A stretch of 64,000 bases of DNA from the human T2T-CHM13v2.0 reference genome, Homo sapiens, in NCBI RefSeq assembly GCF_009914755.1, contig NC_060934.1. One strand, given 5' to 3'. Of this stretch, positions 26,235 through 44,408 are shown piece after piece. Each line of letters opens with the position of its first letter. Within the stretch, counting starts at the first letter, position 1. A program made the translations under genes and the position numbers. The notes under the pieces are model-generated. The model saw only the letters and a program-made list of their open reading frames with translations, ran no database searches and had not been told where the DNA came from.

Positions 26235-27380
26235 TGTTTTTTTGGTAACAGCTTTAATAAAATGTAACTCACATACCACACAGTTTGTCCACTCAAGTGT
26301 GCATTCACGGGATCGTAGTGCATTTACAGAGTTGCACAACCACCACCACAAATTCAGAACATTTCCATCGCCCCCAGAAGGAACTCTGAACCCTTGAGCA
26401 GTCACTCCCCACCCCTCCCTGCCCCCAGTCCCTGACAGCCACGCATCTCCCTTCTTCCTCTGTAAATTCGCCTCTTCTGCACCTTTCACATAAATGGAAT
26501 CATACACTCTGTGGCCTTTTGTGTCTGGCTGCTTTCACTTAGCGTGGGGTTTTCCGAGTTCATCTGTGTTGTCATATGCGTTAGGATTTCATTCCTTTTC
26601 ATTGCTGGAATAATATCCTATCACGTGGATAGACCGTTTTTGTTTATCTGTTCACGAGTTGACTGACGTTTGGGTCATTTCCGCTTTTTGGCAATTGTGA
26701 GTCACGTTGCCGTGAACATACCTGTGTGTGTTTTTGTGTGGACTTGTGTTTCCGTTCTCTTGGGTTTACACCTAGGGGTGGATGGCTGGCCTATGGTGGC
26801 CCCAGTTCCAATGGTGTGAGGGCTGGCCTGTGGGGCCCCAGGTCTGACGGCATGGGACTGGCCTGCGGTGACCCTGGGTCTGACTGATTGAGGGCTGGCC
26901 TGTGGTGGCCCCGGGTCTGATGGCATGAGGACTGGCCTGCGGTGGCCCCGGGTCTTACCGTGTGAGGACTGGCCTGCAGTGTCCCCTGGTCTGACTGACT
27001 GAAGACTGGCCTGAGGTGGCCCCGGGTCTGACTGAGGGCTGGCCTGCGGTGGCCCCAGGTATGATGGCATGAGGACTGGCCTGCAGTGGCCCCGGATCTT
27101 ACTGCGTGAGGGCTGGCCTGCGGTGTCCCCGGGTCTGACTGATTAAGGGCCGGACTGTGGTGGCCCCGGATCTGACAGCAGTGTGAGGGCTGGCCTGCGG
27201 TGGCCCCGGGTCTGACTGATTGAGGGCTGGCCTGTGGTGGCCCTGGGTCTTACCGCGTGAGGGCTGGTCTGTGGTGGCCCCAGGTCTGTGGTGGCCACAC
27301 TGTCTTCAGGCAGCCTCCACCCCAGCGTGTGAGAGTTTTCTGCTCTTCCCCAAGTGGCAGCCAACTTCTGCCCACACGGC
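26235..27380 (-). mobile_element. L1MB-type 3' fragment interrupted by a VNTR
   Basis: aacagctttaataaaatgtaactcacatacc...aaatggaatcatac...ctggctgctttcacttagc; L1 text resumes after the VNTR (ccacactgtcttc...gtgtgagagtt). Confidence 0.7.
26784..27296. repeat. GC-rich minisatellite, about 37-bp unit, about 14 copies
   Basis: Core ggctggcctgyggtggccccgggtctgac with variable 3' parts (tgattga / ggcatga / taccgtgtga). Confidence 0.95.
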
Positions 27381-27889
27381 TTCCTCTCCTTGCTCGTGAG
27401 CAAAAGGGTTTTGCTTCCACGCTTAGCCTAGAAGGGGTAGATCCAGGAAGAAGAGGGCCTCTGCTTCCCCCTCTCCCGGTGACCTGGGGAGAGGGTTTGC
27501 TGTGCTTCCCCCAGTGGCTTTGTCCGAAAGAGGGTTCTGGGCAGGGGGTGTCCGGTACCTGCACCTGGGGCCACTTCCCGTCTTCTGCTCTCTCTCAGCC
27601 CTTCCTGTGAGTGCCTGGTGCCCTCCCCTATCTGAGAACTTGGTCCCAGCTCTTCTGAAGGGCACACTGGGCCACAGGGGGCCCGAAGAGTCCTCGCCCA
27701 CTGTCTCCTGTGTTCAGCTGACTGTGGGGAACCTGGGCCATTTGAGGGTTTGTCACCATTTGGAATTCAGCCCCTCGGGGGCCTGGAGCTCATCAATGGA
27801 CTCCAGGAAAGACATGATTATGTAGATGAGGTGGCTTTATTTGTTTCCAGGATGGGAGTGACATTCTCTTGTGATTTTCTACATCTTAA

Positions 27890-28397
<508 letters not shown>

Positions 28398-29467
28398 TAA
28401 ATTACCTCTTTTGATAGTTACCAGTTTATCTAGTGAGAACTTATTGGTTTGTTATTACATTTCACAACCTCCTGATATAGTAAAGATGCTTTTTGTTGTA
28501 TTTACTGCAAAGATTATTTCGACTGGTTTCTAGCCTCTCAGTTGCATCACACATTTATAATAAAGATGTGGAAGGATTTCATTTGCTGGGACATTTTTTT
28601 TTCCTTTTGTATATTCCTTTTATCTTTTTTAAGCCTAGAAAGGCCTCTCCTCTCCAGAGATTTGAAAAATGCTCGCTTTTGCTTTTTCCCAGTGGTTTTA
28701 ATGCTTTGACTTTTTTCACCTTTAATTCCCTTTAATCCATTTAGAATTTTAAGGTAGAAAGGCAATGATCCATAGATTCATTTCTCCTCAAGTCAGCAGC
28801 CCAGCATCCCATTCCCTGCGCATAACACGCCCCCTTTCCCACTGAGCCCAGGGACCTTCTCTGGGGGCGGGGGGGGGGGGGGGTCCCGTTTCTGGCCATG
28901 TGCTCCTGTTCAATCATGTAGCTACTCCTGAGGTTTTGGGGTTTCTTTTCCAGTTGGGTAAAACTGCATTATTTGGACTAGAGAATTGTTTTTCTGTTTG
29001 AAACAAAGTTTGCAGCTTTCCCCCCAGGCCCGTTTGAAGCTGCTCCCTTGGCCCGGCCGCCAGAACCTCCCCCGAGCGTGTTCCTCTTCTGTCGTGCTGC
29101 CACTGTGCTGGCTGCCAGGCCTAGGGGGCCGGATGATTGGCCGTGGCCGCCGTGCGCCCTGAGCTGCCCGTCACGAGCCGGTGTTGTCTGACTGCACAGG
29201 CCGTCAGGCGCAGCGCAGGGCTGGTGGGTGGCCCTGAAGGCTCAGACAAGCGGCGCATGGGAGTGACCCAAATGCCCACTCCTGCCCCGTCACCCTCTCT
29301 CCTGGCACCTGCGGCTTCCAGGAGACCCCCACAGCCAGCTGCCGAGGCCTGGGCCCGGCTTACAGTGGCCCCCGCAACGTGGGCACCTGGCCTGGGAGCG
29401 GACGGCCCAGCCCCACAGCGCTGGGGTCTGTGGACCCCGGTAGCCTCGCTTCTGGTGGTGGGATCTG

Positions 29468-29645
29468 CATTTGTTTTCTCTTGCTGCCATGACAAATTCA
29501 CATAGAGTTCCCCATATTAGATGGGTCCATTTGCTGCCTCTTGCTGTTTTCCCTGAAGTCTGGGCTGGGGCTCATTCCAGGCTCTGGCCCCACTGCCTTT
29601 CCTGGGTCTCATCTCTTGTACTTCTGGTTGTTAGCAGATTTCAGC
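29468..29645. mobile_element. MLT1-like (MaLR) LTR fragment
   Basis: ttttctcttgctgccatgacaaatt ... ggttgttagcagatttcag. Confidence 0.45.
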
Positions 29646-30282
29646 GGTAGCACTGGAGGGCATGCATTTTCGTTTTTGTTGTTTTGAGGATTGAAAGTTG
29701 TTTATTTACACACACATGCCAGCAGTTGGCTGCAGAGATACCAACATGGAAACAAGCCAGGAGGGTTGACACTATTTACATATAAAAGAATCAAGATTCG
29801 TACATGGAACACGAATATGCCACCAGTTTTTAAATTTTAACTGTGGTAAAATAGACATAAGTTTTACCATCTTAGCCATTTTTAAGTGTGCACTTCAGTA
29901 GTGTGAAGTATATTCACATTATTGTGAAACCAATATCCAGAACTTTCTCATCTTGTAAAACTGAAACTCTGTCCCCATTGAACAGCTCCTCACTTCCCCT
30001 CGTCCAGGCCCTGGCAGCCACCTTCCATTTTCTGTTTCTATGAGTTTGTTCCAAAGACCTCATGCCTCCGTGTTGCGGCACGTATCAGAATTTTCTTCCT
30101 TCTTAAGGCTGAATCGTGTTCCATCTTGTGTGTAGACCACATCTTGCTTATCCATTCATCTGTCAAGGGACATTTGGGTGGGTGGCGTCTGCCTCTAGGC
30201 CATGGTGGATACTGCTGCTGTGAACACAGGTGGACAAATGTGTCTTCCAGACCCCGCTTTCAATTCTGTTTTTAATATTTTG

Positions 30283-31066
<784 letters not shown>

Positions 31067-32825
31067 CAAGTTATAGGAATTCTTTATATATCCTGGACAT
31101 GAACCCCTTATGAGATAGGATTTGCAAATATTTTCTCTCATCCCACAGTTTGTCCTTTCAGCCTGTTGATTATGCCCTGTGATGCACAAAAGTTTTTAAT
31201 TTTGCCATAGTCCAGTTTATCTATTTTTACTCTTATTGCCTCTGCACTGATGTCATATTCAAGAGATCATCCCCTAAGTGTCATGAAACTTTTGCCTTAA
31301 TTTTTTTTCTAGAGTTTTGTACTTTAAGGTCTTATGTTTAGGTCTTTGATCCATTTTAGGTTAACTTTTGCATAGGGTGTAAGGTAAGGGTCCAACTTCA
31401 TTCTTTTGCATGTGGACATCCAGTTTTCCCAGCATCATTTATTGAAAGACTATCATTTCCCCATTGAGTAGTCTTACTTAGTACCCTTGTCAAAGATCAT
31501 TTTATATGTGAACTCACACTTATTTGTAAACCCAGGATTTATTTCTCCTATGTTTGCTTCTATAAGATTATTGTTTTACCTTTCACATTGTTATCTGCAA
31601 TCCATTGGAAAATGATTTTTTGTCTATGGTAGGAGCAAGCTATATTTTTCTGTGTGAATGTCCAGTTAACTCAGCACTATTGAGAAAAAAGACTGCCTTT
31701 GCCCAGTGCCTCACAGTGTTGCCTGCATCACAGACCAGCGACTGCTCACATGCTGGTCGGCTCCTGAGCTCTGGAGTGAATCCTGAGTCTTGTCTGTTCT
31801 TATCCCAGTGCCCGCATCTTTACTAAGGTGCCCTTGGAGAGGTCTGGAGATGGGTAGTGCGAGGCCTCCGGTTCTGCCTTCATCGTCACGGTTGCCTCCG
31901 TTATTCTTGTCCTCCTGTTCTTTTATGTACAGCACAGGTCAAGCTGCAGAGATGAGCCAGCCCCTCTGCTTGGGTTTGTGGTTCTGCTGAGCCAACTGGC
32001 CTTTCCGAGGAGTCTTGGGGGGAGACGTGATCCTTTCCTGAGGCACGGGAGCAGCAGTGCACAGAGAACCACACGTCGCTTCCCTACAGAGCAGCCCTCA
32101 TCGGCCTCATTGATTTGGGTCTTTTTAAATCTCCATGTCTCTTCTTAACCGGCCACTGTCTTCCTCTGCTTTCGTGCACATAGGGATTTTATTTATGCTG
32201 ACTGTTTTCCTGTCCCTGCCTACGAATTCTGTCATCTGTGTCATGTCTGCGTTTGTCTCTGTGGGTCGGCTTTACCCTCCTCATTGTGAGTCCCAGGTCT
32301 CTGCTCATTGCATGCTTGGCAATTTTTTAAATTTAATTTTTATTATTTTGCTTCCCATTGACCAAACCCAACCTGGTAATTCTTGATTAGATGCCAGACA
32401 TTGGGCATTGTTTGTTTGGGGGGGGGGGCTGAATTTTTTTTTGCTTCCCTTTTAATAATTTTCAAATTATTATTTTTTAAATTTTTTATTTCCATAGGTT
32501 ATTGGGGAACAGGTGGTGTTCGGTTACATGGGTAAATTGTTTAGCGGTGATTTGTGAGATTTTGGTGCACCCGTCACTCAAGCAGTATACACTGCACCCA
32601 ATTTGTAGTCTTTTATCCCTCACCCTCTTCCCACCCTTTCCCCGAGTCCCCAAAGTCCATTGTGTCATTCTTATGCCTTTGCCTCCTTGTAGCTTAGCTC
32701 CCACCTACGAGTGAGAGCATATGATGTTTGGTTTTCCATTCCCAAGTTACTTCATTTGGAATAATAATCTACAGTCTCCTCCAGGTTGCTGCGAATGCCA
32801 TTAATTCATTCCTTTTTATGGCTGA

Positions 32826-33182
<357 letters not shown>

Positions 33183-35625
33183 TGATTGATGGGCATTTGG
33201 GTTGGTTCCACATTTTTGCAATTGTGAATTGTGCTGCTATAAACGTGCATGTGCAAGTATCTTTTTCCTATAATGACTTCTTTTCCTCTGGGTAGATACC
33301 CAGTAGTGGGATTGCCGGATCAAATGGTAGATCTAGTTCTTTAAGGAATCTTCACACTGTTTTCCATAGTGGCTGTACTAGTTTACATTCCCACCAGCAA
33401 TGCAGAAGTGTTCCCTGTTTACTGTATCCATGCCAACATCTATTCTTTTTTTTGATTTTTTGATTATGGCTATTCTTGCAGAAGTGAGGTGGTATTGCAT
33501 TGTGGTTTTGATTTGCATTTCCCTGATCATTAGTGATGTTGAGCATTTTTCATATGTTTGTTGGCCATTTGTATATCTTCTTTCGAGAATTGTCTATTCA
33601 TGTTCTTAGCCCACTCTTTGATGGGTTCGTTTTTTTCTTGCTAATTTGTTTGAGCTCATTGTAGATTCTTAATATTAGTCCTTTGTCAGATGTATAGATA
33701 CTGAAGATTTTTCTCCCATTCTCTGGGTTGTCTCTTCACTCTACTGACTGTTCCTTTTGCTATGCAAAAGCTCTTTAGTTTAATTAAGTCACAGCTATTT
33801 ATCTTTGTTTTCATTGCATTTGCTTTTGGGTTCTTGGTCATGAAATTCTTGCCTAAGCCAACGTCTAGAAGAGTTTTTCTGATGTTATCTTCTAGAATTT
33901 TTATAGTTTCAGGTCTTAGATTTAAGTCCTTAATCCATCTTGAGTTGATCTTTGTATAGGGTAAGAGATGAGGATCTAGTTTCATTCTCCTATATGTGGT
34001 TAGCCAGGTATCCCAGCACCATTTGTTAAAAGGGTGTCCTTTCTCCACTTTGTTTTTGTTTGTTTTGTCAAAGATCAGTTGGCTGTGAGTATTTGGGTTT
34101 ATTTGAACCCAAAGTTCTCTATTCTGTTCCATTGGTCTATGTGCCTGTTTTTATGCCAGTACCACGCTGTTTTGGTGACTATGGCCTTATAGTATAGTTT
34201 GAAATCAGGTAATGTGATTCTTCCAGATTTGTTCTTTTTGCTTAGTTTTGCTTTTGGCTATGTGGGCTCTTTTTTGATTCCATGTGAATTTTAGGATTGT
34301 TTTTTCTAGTTCTGTGAAGAATGATGGTGGTATTTTGATGGGAATTGCATTGAATTTGTAGATTGCTTTTGGCAGTATGGGCATGTTTACAATATTGATT
34401 CTACCCATCCATGGGTAGAATGTTTGTGTTTCCACTCGTTTGTGTTATCTATGATTTCTTTCAGCAGTGTTTTATAGTTTTCCTTGTAGAGGTCTTTCAC
34501 CTCCTTGGTTAGGTGTATTCCTAAGTATTTTATTTCTTTTGCAGCTATTGTAAAAGGGGTTGGGTTCTTGATTTGATTCTCAGCTTAGTTGCTGTTGGTG
34601 TATAGGAGAGCTACTGATTTGTGTACATTAATTTTGTATCCGGAAACTTTGTTGAATTATTTTATCAGTTCTAGGAGCTTTTTGGAGGAGTCTTTAGGGT
34701 TCTCTAGGTATACAATCATATCATCAGCAAACAGTGACAATTCGACTTCCTCTTTATGGATTTGTATGCCCTTTATTTCTTTCCCTTGTCTGATTGCTCT
34801 GGCTGGGACTTCCAGTACTATGTTGAGAAGTGCTCTGGCTGGGACTTCCAGTACTATGTTGAAGAGAAGTGGTGACAGTGGGTATCCTTGTCTTGTTCCA
34901 GTTCTCAGAGGGAATGCTTTCAGCTTTTTCCCATTCAGTCTGATGTTGGCTATGGGTTTGTCATAGATGGCTTTTAATACATTGAGTTATGTCCCTTGTA
35001 TGCCAATCTTGCTGAGAGTTTTAATTATAAAGGGATGCTAGATTTTGTCTAATGCTTTTTCTGCATCTATTAAGATGATCATGTGATTTTTGTTTTTAAT
35101 TCTGTTTATGTATTGTATCACATTTATTGACCTGCATATGTTAAACCACCCCTGCATTCCTGGTTTGAAACTTACTTGATCATGGTGGACTATCTTTTCG
35201 ATATGTTGTTGGATTCGGTTAGCTAGTATTTTGTTAAGGATTTTAGCATCTATGTTCATCAAGGATATTGGTCTAGTTTTCTTTTTTAGTTATGTCCTTT
35301 CCTTGTTTTGGTGTTAGGGTGATACTGGCTTCATAGAATGATTTAGAGAGGATTCTCTCTTTCTCTATTTTGTGGAATAGTGTCAATAGGATTGGTACCA
35401 ATTCTTTGAATGTCTGGTAGAATTCAGCTGTGAATCCATCTGGTCCTGGATTTTTTTGGTTGGTAATTCTTTTATTACCATTTCAGTCTCGCTGCCTGTT
35501 ATTGGTCTGTTCAGAGTATCTGGTTCTTCCTGATTTAAGAAGGAGGGTTGTATCTTTCCAGGAATTTATCCATCTCCGCTAGGTTTTCTAGTTTATACGT
35601 GTAAGGATGTTTTTAGTAGCCTTGA

Positions 35626-36045
<420 letters not shown>

Positions 36046-38172
36046 CTTATTTCTTTTTCAAAGAACCAGCTTTTCGTTTCATTTATCTTTTGTATATATT
36101 TTTTGTTTCAATTTCATTTAGTTCTGCACTGATCTTGGTTATTTCCTTTCTTCTGCTGGGTTTGGGTTTGGTTTGTTCTTGTTTTGCTAGCTTCTTGAGG
36201 TGTGACCTTAGATTGTTTGTGCTCTTGCAGATTTTTTGATGTAGGTGTTTAGGGCTATGAACTTTCCTCTTAGCACTGCCTTTGCTGTATCCCAGAGGTT
36301 TTTATAGATCACTGTTGTTCAGTTCGAAGAATTTTTAAATTTTCATCTTGATTTCATTGTTGACCCGGTGATCATTCAGGAGCAGGTTATTTAATTTCCA
36401 TGTATTTGTGTGGTTTTGAAGATTCCTTTTGGAGTTGATTTCCAGTTTTATTTCACTGTGGTCTGAGAGAGTGCTTAGTATAATTTCAGTTTTCTTAAAT
36501 TTATTGAGGCTTGTTTTGTGGCCTATCATATGGTCTATCTTGGAGAAAGTTCCATATGCTGTTAAATAGAATATATTCTGCAGTCGTTGGGTAGAATGTT
36601 CTGTAAATATCCATTAAGTCCATTTGTTCCAGGGTATAGTTTAAATCCATTGTTTCTTTGTTGACTTTCTGTCTTGATGACCTGTCTAGTGCCGTCAGTG
36701 GAGTACTGAAGTTCCCCACTATTATTGTGTTGCTGTCTATTTCTTTTTTTAGGTCTAGTAGTAATTGTCTTATAAATTTGAGAGCTCCAGTGTTAGGTGC
36801 ATATATAATTAGGGTTGTGATATTTTCCTGTTGGACAAGGCCTTTTATCATTATATAATGTCCCTCTTTGCCTTTTTAATTGCTATTGCTTTAAAGTTTG
36901 TTTTGTCTGATATAAGAATAGCTACTCCTGCTCCCTTTTGGTGTCCATTTCCATGAAATGTCTTTTTCCACCCCTTTACCTTAAGTTTATGTGAGTCCTT
37001 ATGTGTTAGGTGGATCTCTTGAAAGCAGCAGATACTTGGTTGGTGAATTCTTACCCATTCTGCAATTCTGTATCTTTTAAGTGGAGGCTTTAGGCCATTT
37101 ACATTCAACATTAGTATTGAGATGCGAGGTGCTGTTTCATTCATCATCCTATTTGTTGCCTGTATAGCTTGGCTTTTTGTTTAATTGTATTTTTGTTTTA
37201 TAGGTCCTGTGAGATTATGCTTTTAAGAGGTTCTGTTTTGATGTCTTTCCAGGATTTGTTTCAAGATTTAGAGCTCCCTTTAGCAGTTCTTGTAGTGCTG
37301 GCTTGGTAGTGGCAAATTCTCTCAGCATTTGTCTGGAAAAGACTGTATGTTTCTTTCATTTATGAAGCTTAGTTTTACTGGATACAAAAGAGTTGGCTTG
37401 TAATCATTTTGCTTAAGGAGGCTGAAGATAGGGCACCAATCCATTCTAGCTTGTACGGTTTCTGCTGAGAAATCTGCTGTTAATCTGATAGGTTTTCCTT
37501 TATAGGTTACCTGGTGCTTTTGCCTCATAGCTCTTAAGATTCTTTTCTCTGTCTTAACTTTAGATAACCTGATGACAATGTGCCTAGGCGATGATCTTTT
37601 GGGGATGAATTTCCCAGGTGTTCTTTGAGCTTCTTGTATCTGGATGTCTAGGTCTCTAGCAAGGCTGGGGAAGTTTTTCTTGATTGTTCCCCCAAATATG
37701 TTTTACAGACTTTTAGATTTCTCTTCTTCAAAAATGCCAATTATTCTTAGGTTTGGTCATTTAACATAATCCCAGACTTCTTGGAGGCTTTGTTCATATT
37801 TTCTTGTTCTTTTTTCTTTCTTTGTTGGATTGGGTTAACTCGAAAACCTTATCTTCAGGCTCTGAAGTTCTTTCTTCTGCTTGTTTGATTCTATTGCTGA
37901 GACTTTCCAGAGCGTTTTGCATTTCCATAAGTGTGTCCATTGTTTCCTGAAGTCTTGATTTTTTTTTTTTTATACTTTAAGTTCTAGGGTTCATGTGCAC
38001 AACGTGCAGGTTAGTTACATATGTATACATGCACCATGTTGGTGTGCTGCACCCATTAACTCGTCATTTACATTAGGTATATCTCCTAATGCTATCCCTC
38101 CCCACTCCCCGCACCCCATGACAGGCCCCGGTGTGTGATGTTCCCCTTCCTGTGTCCATGTGTTCTCATTGT

Positions 38173-42060
<3,888 letters not shown>

Positions 42061-42123
42061 TATGATGTTAGTTGGTTATTTTGCTCGTTAGTTGATGTAG
42101 TTTCTTCCTAGCATCGATGGTCT

Positions 42124-43136
42124 TTACAATTTGGCATGTTTCTGCAGTGGCTGGTACTGGTTGTTCCTTTCCATGTTTAGTGTTTCCTTCAGGAGCTCTT
42201 GTAGGGCAGGCCTGGTGGTGACAAAATCTCTCAGCATTTGCTTGTCTGTGAAGGATTTTATTTCTCCTTCACTTATGAAGCTTAGTTTGGCTGGATATGA
42301 AATTCTGGGTTGAAAATTATTTAAGAATGTTGAATACTGGCCCCCACTCTCTTCTGGCTTGTAGAGTTTCTGCCGAGAGATCCACTGTTAGTCTGATGGG
42401 CTTCCCTTTGTGGGTAACCCGACCTTTCTCTCTGGCTGCCCTTAACATTTTTTCCTTCATTTCAACTTTGGTGAATCTGACAATTATGTGTCTTGGAGTT
42501 GCTCTTCTTGAGGAGTATCTTTGTGGTGTTCTCTGTATTTCCTGAATTTGAATGTTGGCCTGCCTTGCTAGGTTGGGGAAGTTCTCCTGGATAATATCCT
42601 GCAGAGTGTTTTCCAACTTGGTTCCATTCTCCCCATCACTTTCAGGTACATCAGTCAGACATTGATTTGGTCTTTTCACATAGTCCCATATTTCTTGGAG
42701 GCTTCGTTCATTTCTTTTTACTCTTTTTTCTCTAAACTTCTCTTCTTGCTTCATTTCATTCATTTGGTCTTCAATCACTGATACCCTTTCTTCCAGTTGA
42801 TCGAATCGGCTACTGAAGCTTGTGCATTTGTCACGTAGTTCTCGTGCCATGTTTTTCAGCTCCATCAGGTCATTTAAGGACTTCTCTACATTGGTTATTC
42901 TAGTTAGCCATTTGTCTAATCTTTTTTTCAAGGTTTTTAGCTTCTCTGTGATGGGTTTGAACTTCCTCATTTAGCTCGGAGAAGTTTGATCATCGGAAGC
43001 CTACTTCTGTCAACTCATCAAAGTCATTCTCTATCCAGCTTTGTTCCATTGCTGGCGAGGAGCTGCATTCCTTTGGAGGGGGAGAGGCGCTCTGATTTTT
43101 AGAATTTCCAGCTTTTCTGCTCTGTTTTTTCCCCAT
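42124..43136 (-). pseudogene. Disrupted L1 ORF1
   Basis: ATG of MGKKQSRK at 43136; fragment 42317-42970 contains QEIWDYVKRPN and RATPRHIIVRF. Confidence 0.9.
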
Positions 43137-44021
43137 CTTTGTGGTTTTATCTACCTTTGATCTTTTTTGATGGTGACGTACAGATGGGGTTTTTGGTGTG
43201 GATGTCCTTTCTGTTTGTTAGTTTTCCTTCTAACAGTCAGGACCCTCAGCTGCAGGTCTGTTGGAGTTTTCTGGAGGTCCACTCCAGACCCTGTTTGCCT
43301 GGGTGTCAGCAGTGGAGGCTGCAGAACAGCTAATATTGCTGAACAGCAAATATTGCTGCCTGATCATTCCTCTGGAAGCTTCATCTCAGAGGGGTGCCCG
43401 GCCGTGTGAGGTGTCAGTCTGCCCTTACTGGGGGGTGCCTCCCAGTTAGGCTACTCGGGGGTCAGGGACCCACTTGAGGGGGCAGTCTGTCCATTCTCAG
43501 ATTTCAAACTCCATGCTGGGAGAACCACTACTAACTTCAAAGCTGTCAGGGACGTTTAAGTCTGCAGAGGTTTCTGCTGCCTTTTGTTCGGCTGTGCCCT
43601 ACCCCCAGAGGTGGAGTCTACAGAGGCAGGCAGGCAGGCCTTCTTCCTGGCAGCTTTGTTTACCTACTCAAGCCTCAGCAATGGCGGGCGCCCCCTCCAC
43701 CAGCCTCGCTGCCACCTTGCAGTTAGATCTCAGACTGCTGTGCTAGCAATGAGCGAGGCTCCGTGGGCGTGGGACCCTCTGAGCCAGGCACGGGATATAA
43801 TCTCCTATTGTGCCATTTGCTAAGACCGTTGGAAGAGCACAATATTAGGGTAGGAGTGACCCAATTTTCCAGGTGCTGTCCATCACCGCTTCCCTTGGCT
43901 AGGAAAGGGAATTCCTGACCCCTTGCACTTCCTGGGTGAGGTGATGCCTCGCCCTGCTTCGGCTCACGTTCGGTGGGCTGCACCCACTGTCCTGCCCCCA
44001 CTGTCCGACAAGCCCCAGTGA

Positions 44022-44408
<387 letters not shown>

